Positions 32,377 to 44,774 of a stretch of DNA of 64,000 nt are shown one piece after another. The translations under genes and the position numbers were made by a program. Under the pieces are notes generated by a model. That model was not told the DNA's origin. It made no database searches and was given only the letters and a program-made list of their open reading frames with translations. The DNA is from Picochlorum sp. SENEW3 (taxonomy: Eukaryota), in contig CP120462.1 of the NCBI GenBank assembly GCA_034226945.1, forward strand, positions 744,001 to 808,000, given 5' to 3'. The number at the start of each line of letters is the position of its first letter. Position 1 is the stretch's first letter.

Positions 32377-33360
32377 GCTGCATTGGACATGCTGCGCTAT
32401 TCTCTCGATATTCACAACAGAATGCATCTAGATATACACTCTTTTATTACCAATTTTAATATATATGACACGAGAATGCAGCTAAAGAATCACACCAAAG
32501 GCTTTCTTCATATTCACCAGAGTTTCTTCATCTCCTTTCCACCACCCCCGGTTGGACTCCCAGATTGGAGACCATTAATTAATGGTTGACCATCATCATT
32601 AGATGGAATCTTCTTCTTCTACTACTACTTCTTCATGCATGCTTGTATGCTTATTCTTTCTCTCTGAAGAAAAAAAGGATGGTAGCTTCTCGAGGTATTT
32701 ACAGTACTCAGAAACAGATGACTCTAGTTCTTGTTGGCTGTGCTGGTGGTCCACATTTGGATGGGACTTTAAGTGGAATCACTAAAACCACAAAATTCGT
32801 GTATTTGCATCAAATTGCAGTTCTTGTAACGATGAAAAAGTGATGGAGGTTATACAAATGGATCTTACATCGATTAACGTGGCTGCAAGTCAATACTGCA
32901 GAGGCTACAAAACAGGCCTTTTGGACTAGAGTTCACTCATGAATTCTGGGCAGAGTGCATGTATATTTGTTGACCAACTGGCATATTTTCTGAAATCGGC
33001 ATGCCGAGCGGCATATGTGGTCCGGCTATGGAGACCCTGATCTGCAATATTGCTAGTAACAGATTGAGAGCTTTGACTGCTCAGGCAGGAACTCGATGAG
33101 ATTGGTTCAGAACACGTATATGCGTTCTATTATCTTCGATGTTCGTCATCTAAATTACGAGTGCGTTAACGCGTCAGATTCGCCCAAAATCAAATCTTGG
33201 CTCTCGCAGAAATTAGGATATTTATGAATTAGTGTGGGTTACATACATGTTGTACTCGGGCGGTGGTTTATGTAGCAGAATTGTTGATAAAGACTCTGGT
33301 TCATGGTTATATGGTGAAATCTTCTTGGTAGCTTGATTCCTTGATAATAAGAGAGTGCCT

Positions 33361-33457
33361 TGAGGCCTCATGCCTTGGCATCATCTGTGCTGTGACACAT
33401 GTACGTAACGCGGCACGCGCCGCGTGCCGGCATTATAGTGCCTCAGTACTACTGAGG
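33361..33457. repeat. Cluster of short perfect inverted repeats upstream of the DUF285 gene
   Basis: TGAGGCCTCA (33361-33370); CGGCACGCG-C-CGCGTGCCG (33411-33429); CCTCAGTA-C-TACTGAGG (33441-33457). Confidence 0.7.
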
Positions 33458-33625
33458 AAATGCACCCAAATTTTGGATTTGTAAATGTCGAATATTCGCA
33501 CATTTTTCGATCAGTACTAAATAATAAAACCCTTTTCATTTAGGGAATATTAATCATAAGGTAGTAAAAGTGAAAGTTAGAGACGAGTGTTCGTCTTATA
33601 ATTGTATGAGGATTTGCATAAACAC

Positions 33626-35390
33626 ATGAAAGTGACAACTTTCGCCACGACCACCCTTCTTGTGGTGGTCCAACTATGTACCTTGCTGGAAAACGTTAAA
33701 GCTGCATACTTTGAGAAAGACACCCTGATTCCAACGGAAAATCAGGTGGTGCAGAACCTTGGAGACCTGAGGGATGGCGTATATTCCATGGAGCTGGCGA
33801 CAACGCGATCTAGTTGCGGATCTTTTGGGAAAGGTATACTTTATTCTTGTGTATGTATGTGATTTATGAACAGCCGTGCCTCTTCTAGAGTATAGCATCA
33901 ATCCAAGTTCTGCTTTGGGTAGAACTGCCAACTTCTTGGTATCTACAATCTTCAAACAGTCTGAATAACATGCACAAATCACTGCTGCAGAGTATCTTGG
34001 ATTTAACAATCGCACCTGTTCGCCAGCGCTGTCTTCCAGATTAACATCCGGTCCAGTCATGAGAGGACCAAGCACATCAATGATGTGGAGAGAGTGGATG
34101 GTCCGAGTGGTATCAAATCCTTCCTCTTCTTCTGAACAAGAATCTGTCACTGTATCTCTCAAGGCCTTTATCCGCCAGAACTTGCAGGACAAGGCGAAGT
34201 GCCTTGGCTATGTGAGCAGTTTCTACGGCAACCCAGAGTACAAAGGCACCTGTGTCATTCCACCCTATGGTGACGGCTTGTTCCTGAATTCCACACTTGA
34301 TAAATCGGATATATCTTCACAAAAATGGACTGTAATTGAGAGTGAGGCTGGAGTATTTCAGTTGGTGGCATCCAATAAGCCTTCAGAGTGCTCGCGATAC
34401 CTGGGCTTGAAGGATTGTGGGTCTTCAGTGGGATTGATGGGAGAAACATCCATTTCTCGCACAGATTCATCAACCTACACGAGGTGGAAGTTTTCCAGGC
34501 GATATGATCTGGCTTCGTCGGTATCTGCACCACCAAGTCCCCCTCCATCACTACCATTATTCTATCTGGCAAACAATAGGATCACTGTGATGTGCCCTAG
34601 AGCTCAGGTTGGGGATACAGGGATCGTGAATGGCATCACATACACTAAGAGGTTGAAGTCGCAAATAACGCAAGATAATGCGGCGACCTCATGCACAAGC
34701 GGCATTACACAGATGAGTTTGATGTTCAGTCCTGCCCCTGGATTCAATGAGGATATTAGCAGTTGGGACACCAGTCAGGTGACTGATATGGCTGGCATGT
34801 TCCGAGAAGCGTCTGAATTCAATCAGCCCATTGGCAGTTGGGACACCAGTCAGGTGACTAATATGAGTGAGATGTTCCGGGACGCCAGGGCATTCAATCA
34901 GCCCATTGGCAGTTGGGACACTAGTCAGGTGACAGATATGAGCTATATGTTCCGTCGAGCCCTGGCATTCAACCAAGGCATTGGCAGTTGGGACACCAGT
35001 CGGGTGACTACTATGAGAATGATGTTCGATACTGCTACTGCATTCAATCAGCCCATTGGCAATTGGGACACCAGTCAGGTGACTAATATGCATGAGATGT
35101 TTGATACTGCCTCTGCATTCAATCAGGACATTGGCAGCTGGAATACCAGTCAGGTGACTGATATGCAAGGTTTGTTCGCAGACGCTTCTGTATTCAACCA
35201 GGACATTAGCAGTTGGGACACCAGTCAGGTGACAGATATGGGTGGCACGTTCTATGCTGCCTCTGCGTTCAACCAGGACATCTCCTCATGGTGTGTGCAA
35301 AAAATTCCAGATCAACCGTCCACATTTTCTATGTTTTCTGGCTTATCGACAGAAAACCTACCGATTTGGGGCACTTGCCCAGCCCCATAA
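33626..35390 (+). CDS. Secreted DUF285/BspA-like (PARCEL) repeat surface protein with N-terminal Cys/Trp domain; 2 exons
   Basis: Signal peptide [18 protein letters not shown]; intron 33834-33990 restores frame; PPSPPPS linker; 25-aa [20 protein letters not shown] repeats; C-cap SSWCV...LPIWGTCP. Confidence 0.88.
34743..35294 (+). repeat. Coding tandem repeat, 75-bp period, 7 full units plus 1 partial
   Basis: Units start at 34743, 34818, 34893, 34968, 35043, 35118, 35193, 35268; conserved core close to CAGTTGGGACACCAGTCAGGTGAC. Confidence 0.95.
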
Positions 35391-35983
35391 AAATCTATAT
35401 ACTGTAGTGACGAGATTACAAGTCTATTTTTTTGAAGTGTTCCGTGCCAGACAGCCTCGGGACTAATAATAATAATAAAAAGTCTATGCTCACACAGACT
35501 GGAAGGGCGCCAGAATCGGCTCTTAGAGCAACGTCTTTAGCGTGAACAAAGTCGTTTTATGATATATGATACGAATCGATACATTCATGCAAAGCTCGCA
35601 CATCGGGATCACATTCCTGTCCAGACAAAAGGTTGGACAGTTGCCTGTCAGGAAGTTCAAATTTTTTCAACAAGTTTTGGCTTCTGTTGTCGCACAAACC
35701 AAGTACCAGATTTATGTATGTGATTTGTAAATGTCAATTAATATAATAATATGCAACATAGTCCCATAGTACTTCAGATGATCCAGCATTCATGTGTGGG
35801 ATGATGGTGCATGGCAAGGCCCCAGGAGGTTTATAATCGCCAACAAGTCCAATCATGGGCTCGCCTTTGGGTGGATTTGGAACCTCTTTTTAGATAACTA
35901 TATATTACAATTACATTCCATACGACGAATATTCAAGGCAAAACAGAACAAGAGAGAACATATATATAGAGAGAGAGACTCCC

Positions 35984-36535
35984 TTATGAGGGAGCATACG
36001 GGAACGTCCTCCTCACCGGCGTCCCCTCATCTCTAAACCCACCTCCACGCAGGCTATGCCCACTCATATCAACAACTGCCGACGTGGCCGCCAAAGCCCC
36101 CATGGACAGCACACCAAGACGAGGGTTACCAGACCTAAGACCCAGCAGGGCACCTCCCGCAAGACCCCCCAACACGCCATTCACCCAATCCTTCTCCCCT
36201 CGAACAGACTCTGAAGCACAATCTACCGCCGCAAACGCCAGCCCTACCGCCCCAAGAGTCGATCCATGCTGCACCATCACTCCGCCAGTCCTCACCAGAG
36301 CAGGCCACGGTTTATCACGAAGCACCACCGGTACATCCGACCAGTTGGAGAATATAGCTCCAAGTAAACTACCTGTCATAAATCCAGTCACCAATCCCTT
36401 TCCTGCCTTCAACAGGCAACCCTGCTCGTCTTCATCGAATGATTCTTGAGGAGACGATGCCCATGTTTTTTTCTGCTCGTCGTCCTGATCCATTATCATC
36501 ATCCGATACGCTACTTGATCTCTATCATTCATCAT
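35984..36535 (-). CDS. Tim17/22/23-family membrane protein (OEP16-3 / complex I B14.7-NDUFA11-like)
   Basis: Gly-rich TM helices, NWSDVP, RGEKDWVNGVLGGLAGG PRAT-type motif; start uncertain. Confidence 0.8.
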   Translation of the reverse strand: MMNDRDQVAYRMMIMDQDDEQKKTWASSPQESFDEDEQGCLLKAGKGLVTGFMTGSLLGAIFSNWSDVPVVLRDKPWPALVRTGGVMVQHGSTLGAVGLAFAAVDCASESVRGEKDWVNGVLGGLAGGALLGLRSGNPRLGVLSMGALAATSAVVDMSGHSLRGGGFRDEGTPVRRTFPYAPS

Positions 36536-37137
36536 CTAAATATTTTTCTCTTTATTACTACTGCAGTAGTTTTGAAATACCTCTGGCGGAGATAAAAAAT
36601 ACACACAGAGAGACTAAGAAAGAGAGCATGGGGTGGCTATCGTGTTTGGACAGAATACTTCGGGATACTCTGTAAATAAAACATTAGATATGATCTGGAT
36701 GCCTAGCACATCATCAGATGAGACCGATTGCACCTGATATCGAGAGCATACATGTATGTTTATTTTCTACCTATTGGTAGATATATATGCGCGTGGTGTA
36801 AAAGGGTGCTATAGAGTGCGTGTCTGAGTGATGGGTGTTGTCAGTAGAGTTTGAGATTCATGCCTGACTCTGGTCATGTATTTTCTATTCAGGTGTCTCT
36901 ATTGTAATTGATTTGGTATTAGATTAGACTTAAAGGTCTGTGAGAAGACTCGGGAATTTCCAAAAGTAGGCTGTTGACGTTGCGTCCATCAATCAGTCAG
37001 TCAGTCAAGAGGGTATACGATACGAGGGTATATACCATATATATATACTATAGAAGAAGAAGAACAATAAGAAGACTTGCGAGGAGGATTTGAAAAGGTT
37101 TGCGTCCGGTCGTATCGAAGAGCAGTAGAAGAGCACG

Positions 37138-38686
37138 ATGGGGTCTAAACACAAGCCTGTTGTGTATTTTTATGATGAGGAGGTGCGTGTTGTTGTTTTT
37201 CTACTGTATGCGTGCAATGGCATACTACTACTGGTACTCAATAGATGAAAGAAATGATGACAATAATAATAATAATGATGGCATGATGATGGTGTAGATG
37301 ACGAATTATAATTATGGAGGTGGGAATCCGATGAGGCCTCATAGAGTACAGTTGACGACCAATTTGGTGGATGGGTATGGGTTGACGTCTCAGATGCGGT
37401 TGATGCGTCCAAAGACTCGGTCAAGGGAGGATATTATGAAGTTTCATGCGGACGATTATGTAGATTTTTTGATGAGTGTCACGCCTGAGAATCAGGAGGA
37501 GTTTATGCTGCAAATGAGGAGGTTCAACTTGGGGGCGGTGGGAGAGGCTGATTGCCCGGTGTTTGATGGGATGTTTGAGTATTTCCAAATATATACTGGT
37601 GGTTCTATTGGAGGAGCTGGGCTGATTAATGATGGCACGTCGGATGTGGTGATGAACTGGAGTGGAGGCATGCATCATGCCAAAAAGGGAGAGGCATCTG
37701 GGTTTTGCTACATTAATGATATTGTTCTTGCTATTCTGGAGCTTTTGAAGGAGCATCAACGGGTTTTGTATGTTGATATAGATATTCATCATGGAGATGG
37801 TGTGGAGGAAGCATTTTACACGACTGACAGAGTGATGACGGTGTCATTTCACAAGTATGGTGATTTCTTCCCTGGAACTGGTGCTGTGGGGGACTTTGGG
37901 CATGGGAAGGGAACGCGGTATGCCGTGAATGTTCCTTTGGATAATGGAATGGATGATGAATCGTACAAGTATGTGTTTGAACCCATCATGGAGGAGGTGA
38001 TGAAGAGGTATCAGCCACAGGCTATTGTGGTGTGTGGGGGTGCTGATTCTCTCTCGGGTGATAAGCTTGGGTGCTTCAATTTATCTTTAGAAGGTCATTC
38101 TCATTGTATTGAGTTTTTGAGGAAATTCAATGTGCCAATGCTTGTGCTTGGTGGAGGTGGGTATACCATGAGGAATGTTGCGCGGTGTTGGTGTTATGAG
38201 ACTGGCAAACTCCTTGATAAGGATTTGGAAGACGATCTTCCCGAGAGTTCGTATGCTCAATATGATTATTATATGGACACTCATAAGCTTCGAATTGAAG
38301 TCTCGAATATGAGAAATTCGAATACAAGAGCACAGTTGGAAGAGTTGAAGGTGAGTATCCTGGAGCAGTTGAAGGATTTGCCACCGGCGCCATCGGCGCC
38401 CATGGTTCAAAAGCCACCAAAGCAAGAAGTTGAGGATGATCTTCCGGAAGAAGATGCAGACGTTCGTGGAGGGGGACAGGCATATGAGGATAGACATGTT
38501 GTCAAGGATGAGGATGGGTATGTTTCTGGGGATGATGGTGTGGGAAATGAGGGAGCAGCCAGAGGCGATGCTGTGAAAATAGAACCAGCAATGCCCGCAA
38601 TGGATGAAGATGATATTGTCATTGCTTTGTCGGGATCACAGGATGATGATCAGGATGCCAATATGGAAGATGATGCAGCACATTAA
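37138..38686 (+). CDS. Class I (RPD3-type) histone deacetylase, 2 exons
   Basis: Exon 1 MGSKHKPVVYFYDEE, intron 37183-37297; GGMHHAKK, SGFCYIND, DIDIHHGDGVEEAF, GGGGY. Confidence 0.96.
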
Positions 38687-38714
38687 ATAGTATTGACTAG
38701 TGTAAGCAAACATA

Positions 38715-39917
38715 TTATCGACCACGACCTTTTATGACTTTGTACGCGAGTGCCGAGGTTGCAGCACTCAGAGAAAACCATGTAAGGGCATAGTTTAAAT
38801 GGTCTCTTGGCATGACACTGAAATGTCTCAAGTCACCTTCTGACTTGGCCAGAGGATATGATTCCTTGTCCTTTTCCTCATTCACGGTCCGTATGGTAGT
38901 TCGCCCTCCTAAAATGTCCATGGCAGTTGGGTTCACTTTGCCTCCAGACTGAATAGTATCTTCTTCTGGAGTGACGACTTCCACCAAGGGTGTTGCGTCA
39001 GGCAATCCCATAGCATGGGCTAGATGAGGCACATCAATAAAGTACCAATCCCTTTTTTCTGGTGTATTCTTCGGAATAAATACACTTGGATTCTCGCTGG
39101 GTCGAATAACGCCGTGAATGGTTGCTTGAGAGTCGTCCTTGGGGATGTTTGAGAATTTCCAATCTGCAGGCACCCACCCTCGCAGCACCATGATGGCTCT
39201 ACCATTCTGCCTCATGGGAGTCACCATGAAATATCCAGACTCTGTCACTCCCATGGTAGATCGTGGTCTGGGACCAATGAAAATACTCTTTTCATTATCA
39301 AACACACCAGTTGCGTGCACTCTTTTATACTCTGGAAGACTAGTGGTGTTTGTTTCAGAGGAAACATGGTCTTCTTTTGTTTTATTTCTTTCAGCATCAT
39401 GTTGTCCAAGCAACGTGAATACATCCTTTGAGGCTTCCTGTAATAATCACAGTCGTATATGTATTGTTAGAAAACATGCCTTGGGTATGTGTCTGCACAT
39501 GTGTCATCCACACACCTTTTCCTGTGACCTTCTCTGCTCCAACATGCCAATCTTCTCTTGCCTCCTCCCAACCTGCCATACTCCAAGAAATGCAGCAAGA
39601 GCCGGAGGAAGAAGTAGAAAGTACTGTTTAAACCCTCCTCTGCGACTACCAGAGACGGATGATGCCGCATTGCTCGACCCGTGCTCTGCACTCTCAACAG
39701 CACCTGAGGAAAAGAGTCTTGCATGTTTTGGCACCCAGTATGCATTTGTATGCCATGGCTGGATCTGATGTGTTCTATAACAGTGTCTGTGTATCAATAG
39801 AGCTCCATTCGCTGACCCAGCGCCATATACGTCGGAACCCAACACAATTTGTTTTGAACTCAACCTTTGGACACTCTGTCGCAGCTTGTCAGCCACGTGC
39901 TTCCAGGCTCCTCCCAT
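38715..39917 (-). CDS. SURF1: SURF1 cytochrome c oxidase assembly protein, 2 exons
   Basis: LGVWQVGRRQEK in exon 1; EYKRV, VLRGWVP, HLNYALTWFSLS in exon 2; intron about 39438-39518. Confidence 0.92.
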
Positions 39918-40271
39918 TGCTATCGCATACGTACATGCCTTATTTTTTAGTACAAGTATCTACCAGAAGGAGTATCCAAGGAAATAACAATCTTCTACAG
40001 ATCGCTTGTGTTTTTATAATGATTATTTACGAAATTCCCAATGGATCTGTCTGAAATGTTCATGGCATCGCCACCTTGATTGATTCACGTGATACATATT
40101 TCTGATTACTTGGATGTCTCAGAACGCAGAGAGGGTGTCATCTCATCGTACATTGGTCGCGTTGGCCCCAACAAGGAGTTGAAGTTAAAAAACAAAGAGT
40201 GTGAGGCCATTTTTCATCTCGTATCTGGAATCGCTACGCGTGATTGCAGTACCAGGAAAATACAAACATAG

Positions 40272-41087
40272 ATGTCTATGAATTCATATCCCAGCGTGAG
40301 GGGATGCTGTCACCGATACAGGCCATTGCCTCTGCAGTTTACTTTTTCAGGTCAAGAAGCACTGCCCCCTGCTAGGTCTCATCAGCGTAGACAGACATTG
40401 GTATATGCAACAGGCCCACAAGATCCAAAGCCCGAGTATACAGACATTGATTCGCAGCTTTTGAATACAATTGTGTATGGACTGTTTCGTAGGAAGATGG
40501 TTGCTGCATTGCAGAATAGAGATTCATCAGAGGAGGGATATCAAGGGATTATTGACCTCACTAGGAGATTAAATGCGCTAGGATCGCCGAGAGACACGCA
40601 GGTTTTGACGCGAAGGATCTTGAATTCCTTGTTTCCTGGCTGGCTGCCTCCGGCATTCAAAATCATGTTTGCAAGACCCTTGCCTACACTGTCATGTAGA
40701 TTGAATGCATTTGCGACATGGCTGACGTGTCAGTGGCTTATGGGTGAATGTGAAATAAATGATGTTGAAATCGATGGTGGAGAGATTGGTCAGGGTCACG
40801 GGGTTTTAGTACGCAGGTGCAGGTACCTTGAGGAAAGTGGATGTGTTGGTGTCTGTATCAATTCGTGCAAGATACCGACGCAAGAGTTTTTTGAAAAGGA
40901 TATGGGTTTACCTCTGACGATGGAGCCAAACTATGAAACGTTCGAGTGCCAATTTTCCTTTGGGAAAACGCCGTTGCCAAAGGAACAGGATGAGGCATTC
41001 CAGTCTCCATGTTTCACCCAGTGCCCAACAAGCAGCACAGACACATCGGCTCAATGCCCCCGTATAGCAGCAATTTTCGAAGAGTAA
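40272..41087 (+). CDS. D27: Beta-carotene isomerase D27-like (DUF4033)
   Basis: CQWLMGEC, RCRYLEESGCVGVCINSCKIPTQEFF, LTMEPNYETFECQFSFG. Confidence 0.92.
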   Translation: MSMNSYPSVRGCCHRYRPLPLQFTFSGQEALPPARSHQRRQTLVYATGPQDPKPEYTDIDSQLLNTIVYGLFRRKMVAALQNRDSSEEGYQGIIDLTRRLNALGSPRDTQVLTRRILNSLFPGWLPPAFKIMFARPLPTLSCRLNAFATWLTCQWLMGECEINDVEIDGGEIGQGHGVLVRRCRYLEESGCVGVCINSCKIPTQEFFEKDMGLPLTMEPNYETFECQFSFGKTPLPKEQDEAFQSPCFTQCPTSSTDTSAQCPRIAAIFEE

Positions 41088-41114
41088 GTAAGCATTGTAT
41101 TTACAGTATACATG

Positions 41115-43035
41115 TCATGTCGATGACGGTACAATAAATCCTGGTAATGTGAGAGTCTCTACATTGCCAGAGGAAAATACACGTGTTGGTGCTCCTGTTC
41201 GTGTACCACTGTAGATGGCAGTAGGGACCGACTTTAGCTTTTTCTTCATCTCTCTATCAAATATTGACGTGTATGAAGCAGAAGCCAGTACCTCTGCTAT
41301 ATCAATTTCGGAAGACTTGAGTTTGTTTGTCATATCCTTGTTCAAGACACTGGAATATTGGGACACTGATGGATCTGCATGGTGTCGGAACACCGACATT
41401 TCCCATAACGAACTCTCCAAAGCTCTTGATTCTGCTGGGTTCGGCTCGTCTTCATCATAGACGTCCTTGCCTGCCCACACGTCTCCCTTTTGCTTCAGTT
41501 TTGATGCCTCTTCTGCTGTTGTCACAGCAAATGGCTGTGGTCTATGGAGGATTTGGATACACGACGGATGCCTTCGAATGATATTGTGGATAAATGCGAT
41601 AGCAATAATCGCTGCTGGAGATGACCCTCGGATACCTAGTCTGGCAAACTTTTTTGCAAATGCAGCAGCAGTGTATGCTGGCACCATGGGAGATGCTAAA
41701 AAGATGTCTGCCAACTGGAAAAATCGGACTCTATGTTTCGACAAGAAAACCTCTGGCGTCAAAAGACCATATAGGCGCTCGTAAAACTTTGGGTACTCGA
41801 GACCATACTGTGTCACCAGAATGAAGATTCCATTCAATGCCAGCATGCCATCCAAGCCACCACGATCCAGTACATGTGTCAGAAAATCGCTCAGAAGCAA
41901 AGGGTTTATCAACGCGGGTATTATTGTATTATGAAGTCTACTCAATAAACTTCGATAACAGTCGAATGGCACATCTAGTTTCAATAACTCTATCCACGCA
42001 GTGCTCAGTGCTTTTTGCCTCAGTTTTCTGCTCGACCATTTCCCTGAAACTGTCGTTTCCCGTTGCTCACTACCATTCTGTTGATTTCTCAATCTTTTAC
42101 GTTGACGCTTTGTCGTGCCATCATTCGTTGCTACTAAAATACCCACCTCTGATGCCCCACACCACGATGGAAGGCTCCCATCCTCTTCGTGCTGAGCAAA
42201 CATGTCCAATGCATCTGTGATATGAATCAACACATCATACACATTTCTCAGAAAATCTGCCGACACATCATCGTCATTCTCATCATCGTCGGCGCTAGCA
42301 CCAATATGTCTGGTACACATGGAAGCAATCCCTTTGCACGTAAAATAATGAGCATCAGCATACCCACAATACTTTCCAATAATGGCCCCAAGTGTCTCTG
42401 ACTCGACCCCATCTTCTTTCAAAAGAACTTGAAGTATTCTCAGGTAGAGCACATGATCAAACACCCCGAGCCGTTCCCCCCGAACAAACTCCATCAAGCA
42501 TGCCAAAGCGCTTACTTGTTCCAAAGCTCCTGCTGCCTCATCACTCAACATAACAACCAGCGCATCAACAAAAGAATCCTTCATTTTCGTCAACCATGCC
42601 CTATACACATCCATATCATTTTTCTGCTGACCATCATTGGCGTCCTGCTGCCCCAAGCCAGCAGTCCTCTCTCCTCCAGCAACAAGAATCTCATTCTCCT
42701 GGTATCGTTGCATGAAGTACTCTGTCAACAGTTTTGAAACCTCTGATTTTGTACATTGCTCCTACAACAATACAGAGTCGGTATTAATGAATACAGATGA
42801 CCGCATGGCAAGCATGCCTCTTGAACAGATTTTTTTCTTTCATCTCCATCCTCCAGGAATTTCAAAGTGCGCCATTAACCTTTATAAATATCAAATAACG
42901 TACAGAGTGTTGAATATATGCAATTAGAATTGGTAGATTGTTTGTTTTTTCCTTTGGAGAATTCCCAAGCTCTTCTCCAAGAGTCAGAGCCTCCTCCTCG
43001 CTCTGAACCCTCTCAATCGCCTTTTGAGCCTTCAT
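41115..43035 (-). CDS. NOC4: Nucleolar complex protein 4 (CBF/Mak21 domain), multi-exon
   Basis: GLEYPKFYERLYGLL, AAAFAKKFARL, RRHP, ALESSLWE; 5' exons from ATG 43035 (MKAQKAIER) inferred. Confidence 0.9.
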
Positions 43036-43134
43036 AATAGTATTATATTGATCTAATAGTTAATGACACAGGGCTACAGCTATTCTCGACATCTGTCGTG
43101 AGGCAAGGCGCCAATTCTTCTTATATATCTATTT

Positions 43135-44664
43135 ATGGACATTTTCGAGAATATCAGTCGATCAAACAGCATCAAAGATCAAGATCCACAGTACAATAAC
43201 AATACTGATAAAATTTTAATAGTCACCAGGATGCCGTTACCTGGAGGGTGTCTGAGGAAGCACCACCCCATGCTGGGTTGTCTTTCAACTGGCCATGCTG
43301 TGCCACTGAGGCACACGCGTGGGTTTTTTCCCCATCACATGGCCTTGTTTACTCGATCCAAGCAGTATGGAAGGACTGCGGCCCTTTCTGGGAACGGGTG
43401 TGCCTATACAATCCCCCGGACAGAACGTTTACGACAGCTGTTGGATGGCCAAGATTCAAATGGTCTTCTGTTGGGGCCAGCAGCGTACGATGGGATCAGT
43501 GCCAAGCTCGCAGAGGAGGCCAATTTCGACTTTTTATTCATGTCTGGGTTTTCTGTGGCTGCTGCAAGGCTTGGTAAACCAGATACAGGGTTGGTATGTT
43601 ACTCAGAAATGCTTGAGCAAGGACGTCAGATGATTGAAGCCACTCGTACCATTCCAATCATAGGAGATGCTGATACTGGGTATGGTAACGCGATGAATGT
43701 GATTCGAACAGTTCAGGGGTATGCGTCGGCAGGATTTTCAGGAATCTTGATTGAAGACCAAGTGTGGCCAAAAAGCTGTGGGCATGTGAAAGGGAAACGA
43801 GTGATTCCGCGGGATGAGGCTATTGCGCGAATACGAGCGGCATGTGATGCTCGACAAGGAGGTCAGGATATCGTCATTGTTGCACGGACGGATGCAAAAC
43901 AAGCTGTTGATTTTCAAGAGGCACTGGAACGAGCGCAAGCATTTGCTGATGCTGGTGCAGATATTGTCTTTGTCGATGCGCTAGAAACAGAAGCAGAAAT
44001 GCGTACATTTTGTGCACAAATACATGGGGCGCATAAGATGGCAAATATGCTGGAGGGAGGAGGAAAGACGCCTATATGTAGCCCAGAGGAGTTGGACAAG
44101 ATGGGATTCAGATTGGTTGCGTATCCGCTGTCGCTCCTCGGCGTGTCCATCAAGGCGATGCGAGAAGCGTTGGTGGATTTGAAGCAAGGGAATATACCCC
44201 AGAACGTTCCAGATTTTCAGACGCTCCAGCGTGCTGTTGGGTTTCCAGAGTACTTTGAACAGGAGCAGCGGTATGCAACGGCTATAGACACCACCCCATC
44301 CGACGCATCAATCGAACCTGACATGATTCTTGATCCAAATGAATCATATATGGGAGCATCCTACTCTGCGGCACAGGATACATATGATATTGAGAAACCA
44401 CCTGGTCCCTCTTCGTCCTCAGAGAGTCCTCGGTCCAAATGGCTTCGGTTTAAAATAACCGACACTAGAACAGGAAATGTACAGCTAGATACGCGGTTCC
44501 CAGCAGGGTTTTTGAACGGTGTTGCAGCCATTATTCCTCAAATAGCGGGTGTCGATCTGCAACAGATTATACAGCGCAGCACATCTTCACCATCTTCTGA
44601 ACCAGCCTTTTCATTTGAAGCTGATGGCGACCGCATTGATATTTTCGTCGAAGATCGATACTAG
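43135..44664 (+). CDS. Isocitrate lyase/PEP-mutase family protein, organellar
   Basis: DADTGYG, IEDQVWPKSCGH, VARTDA, ANMLEGGGKTP; true start may be ATG 43231. Confidence 0.9.
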   Translation: MDIFENISRSNSIKDQDPQYNNNTDKILIVTRMPLPGGCLRKHHPMLGCLSTGHAVPLRHTRGFFPHHMALFTRSKQYGRTAALSGNGCAYTIPRTERLRQLLDGQDSNGLLLGPAAYDGISAKLAEEANFDFLFMSGFSVAAARLGKPDTGLVCYSEMLEQGRQMIEATRTIPIIGDADTGYGNAMNVIRTVQGYASAGFSGILIEDQVWPKSCGHVKGKRVIPRDEAIARIRAACDARQGGQDIVIVARTDAKQAVDFQEALERAQAFADAGADIVFVDALETEAEMRTFCAQIHGAHKMANMLEGGGKTPICSPEELDKMGFRLVAYPLSLLGVSIKAMREALVDLKQGNIPQNVPDFQTLQRAVGFPEYFEQEQRYATAIDTTPSDASIEPDMILDPNESYMGASYSAAQDTYDIEKPPGPSSSSESPRSKWLRFKITDTRTGNVQLDTRFPAGFLNGVAAIIPQIAGVDLQQIIQRSTSSPSSEPAFSFEADGDRIDIFVEDRY

Positions 44665-44774
44665 TACTATAGTCAATATTACTTTTAGAATTAAAAACGA
44701 GTACATGTAATCCGAACCATTCTGAATCGATCGGAAATCTGACCGCATGTCCATGTCATGTGAAGGGAAAAAAC

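Noticed and set aside
32400..33350. Long intergenic stretch with small ORFs as a mobile element
   Set aside because: No transposase or reverse transcriptase motifs, terminal repeats or target-site duplications seen.
34743..35294. CRISPR-like repeat/spacer pattern
   Set aside because: The period is exactly 75 bp and in frame within a DUF285 ORF, the 'spacers' keep conserved codons, there are no cas genes, and the host is eukaryotic.
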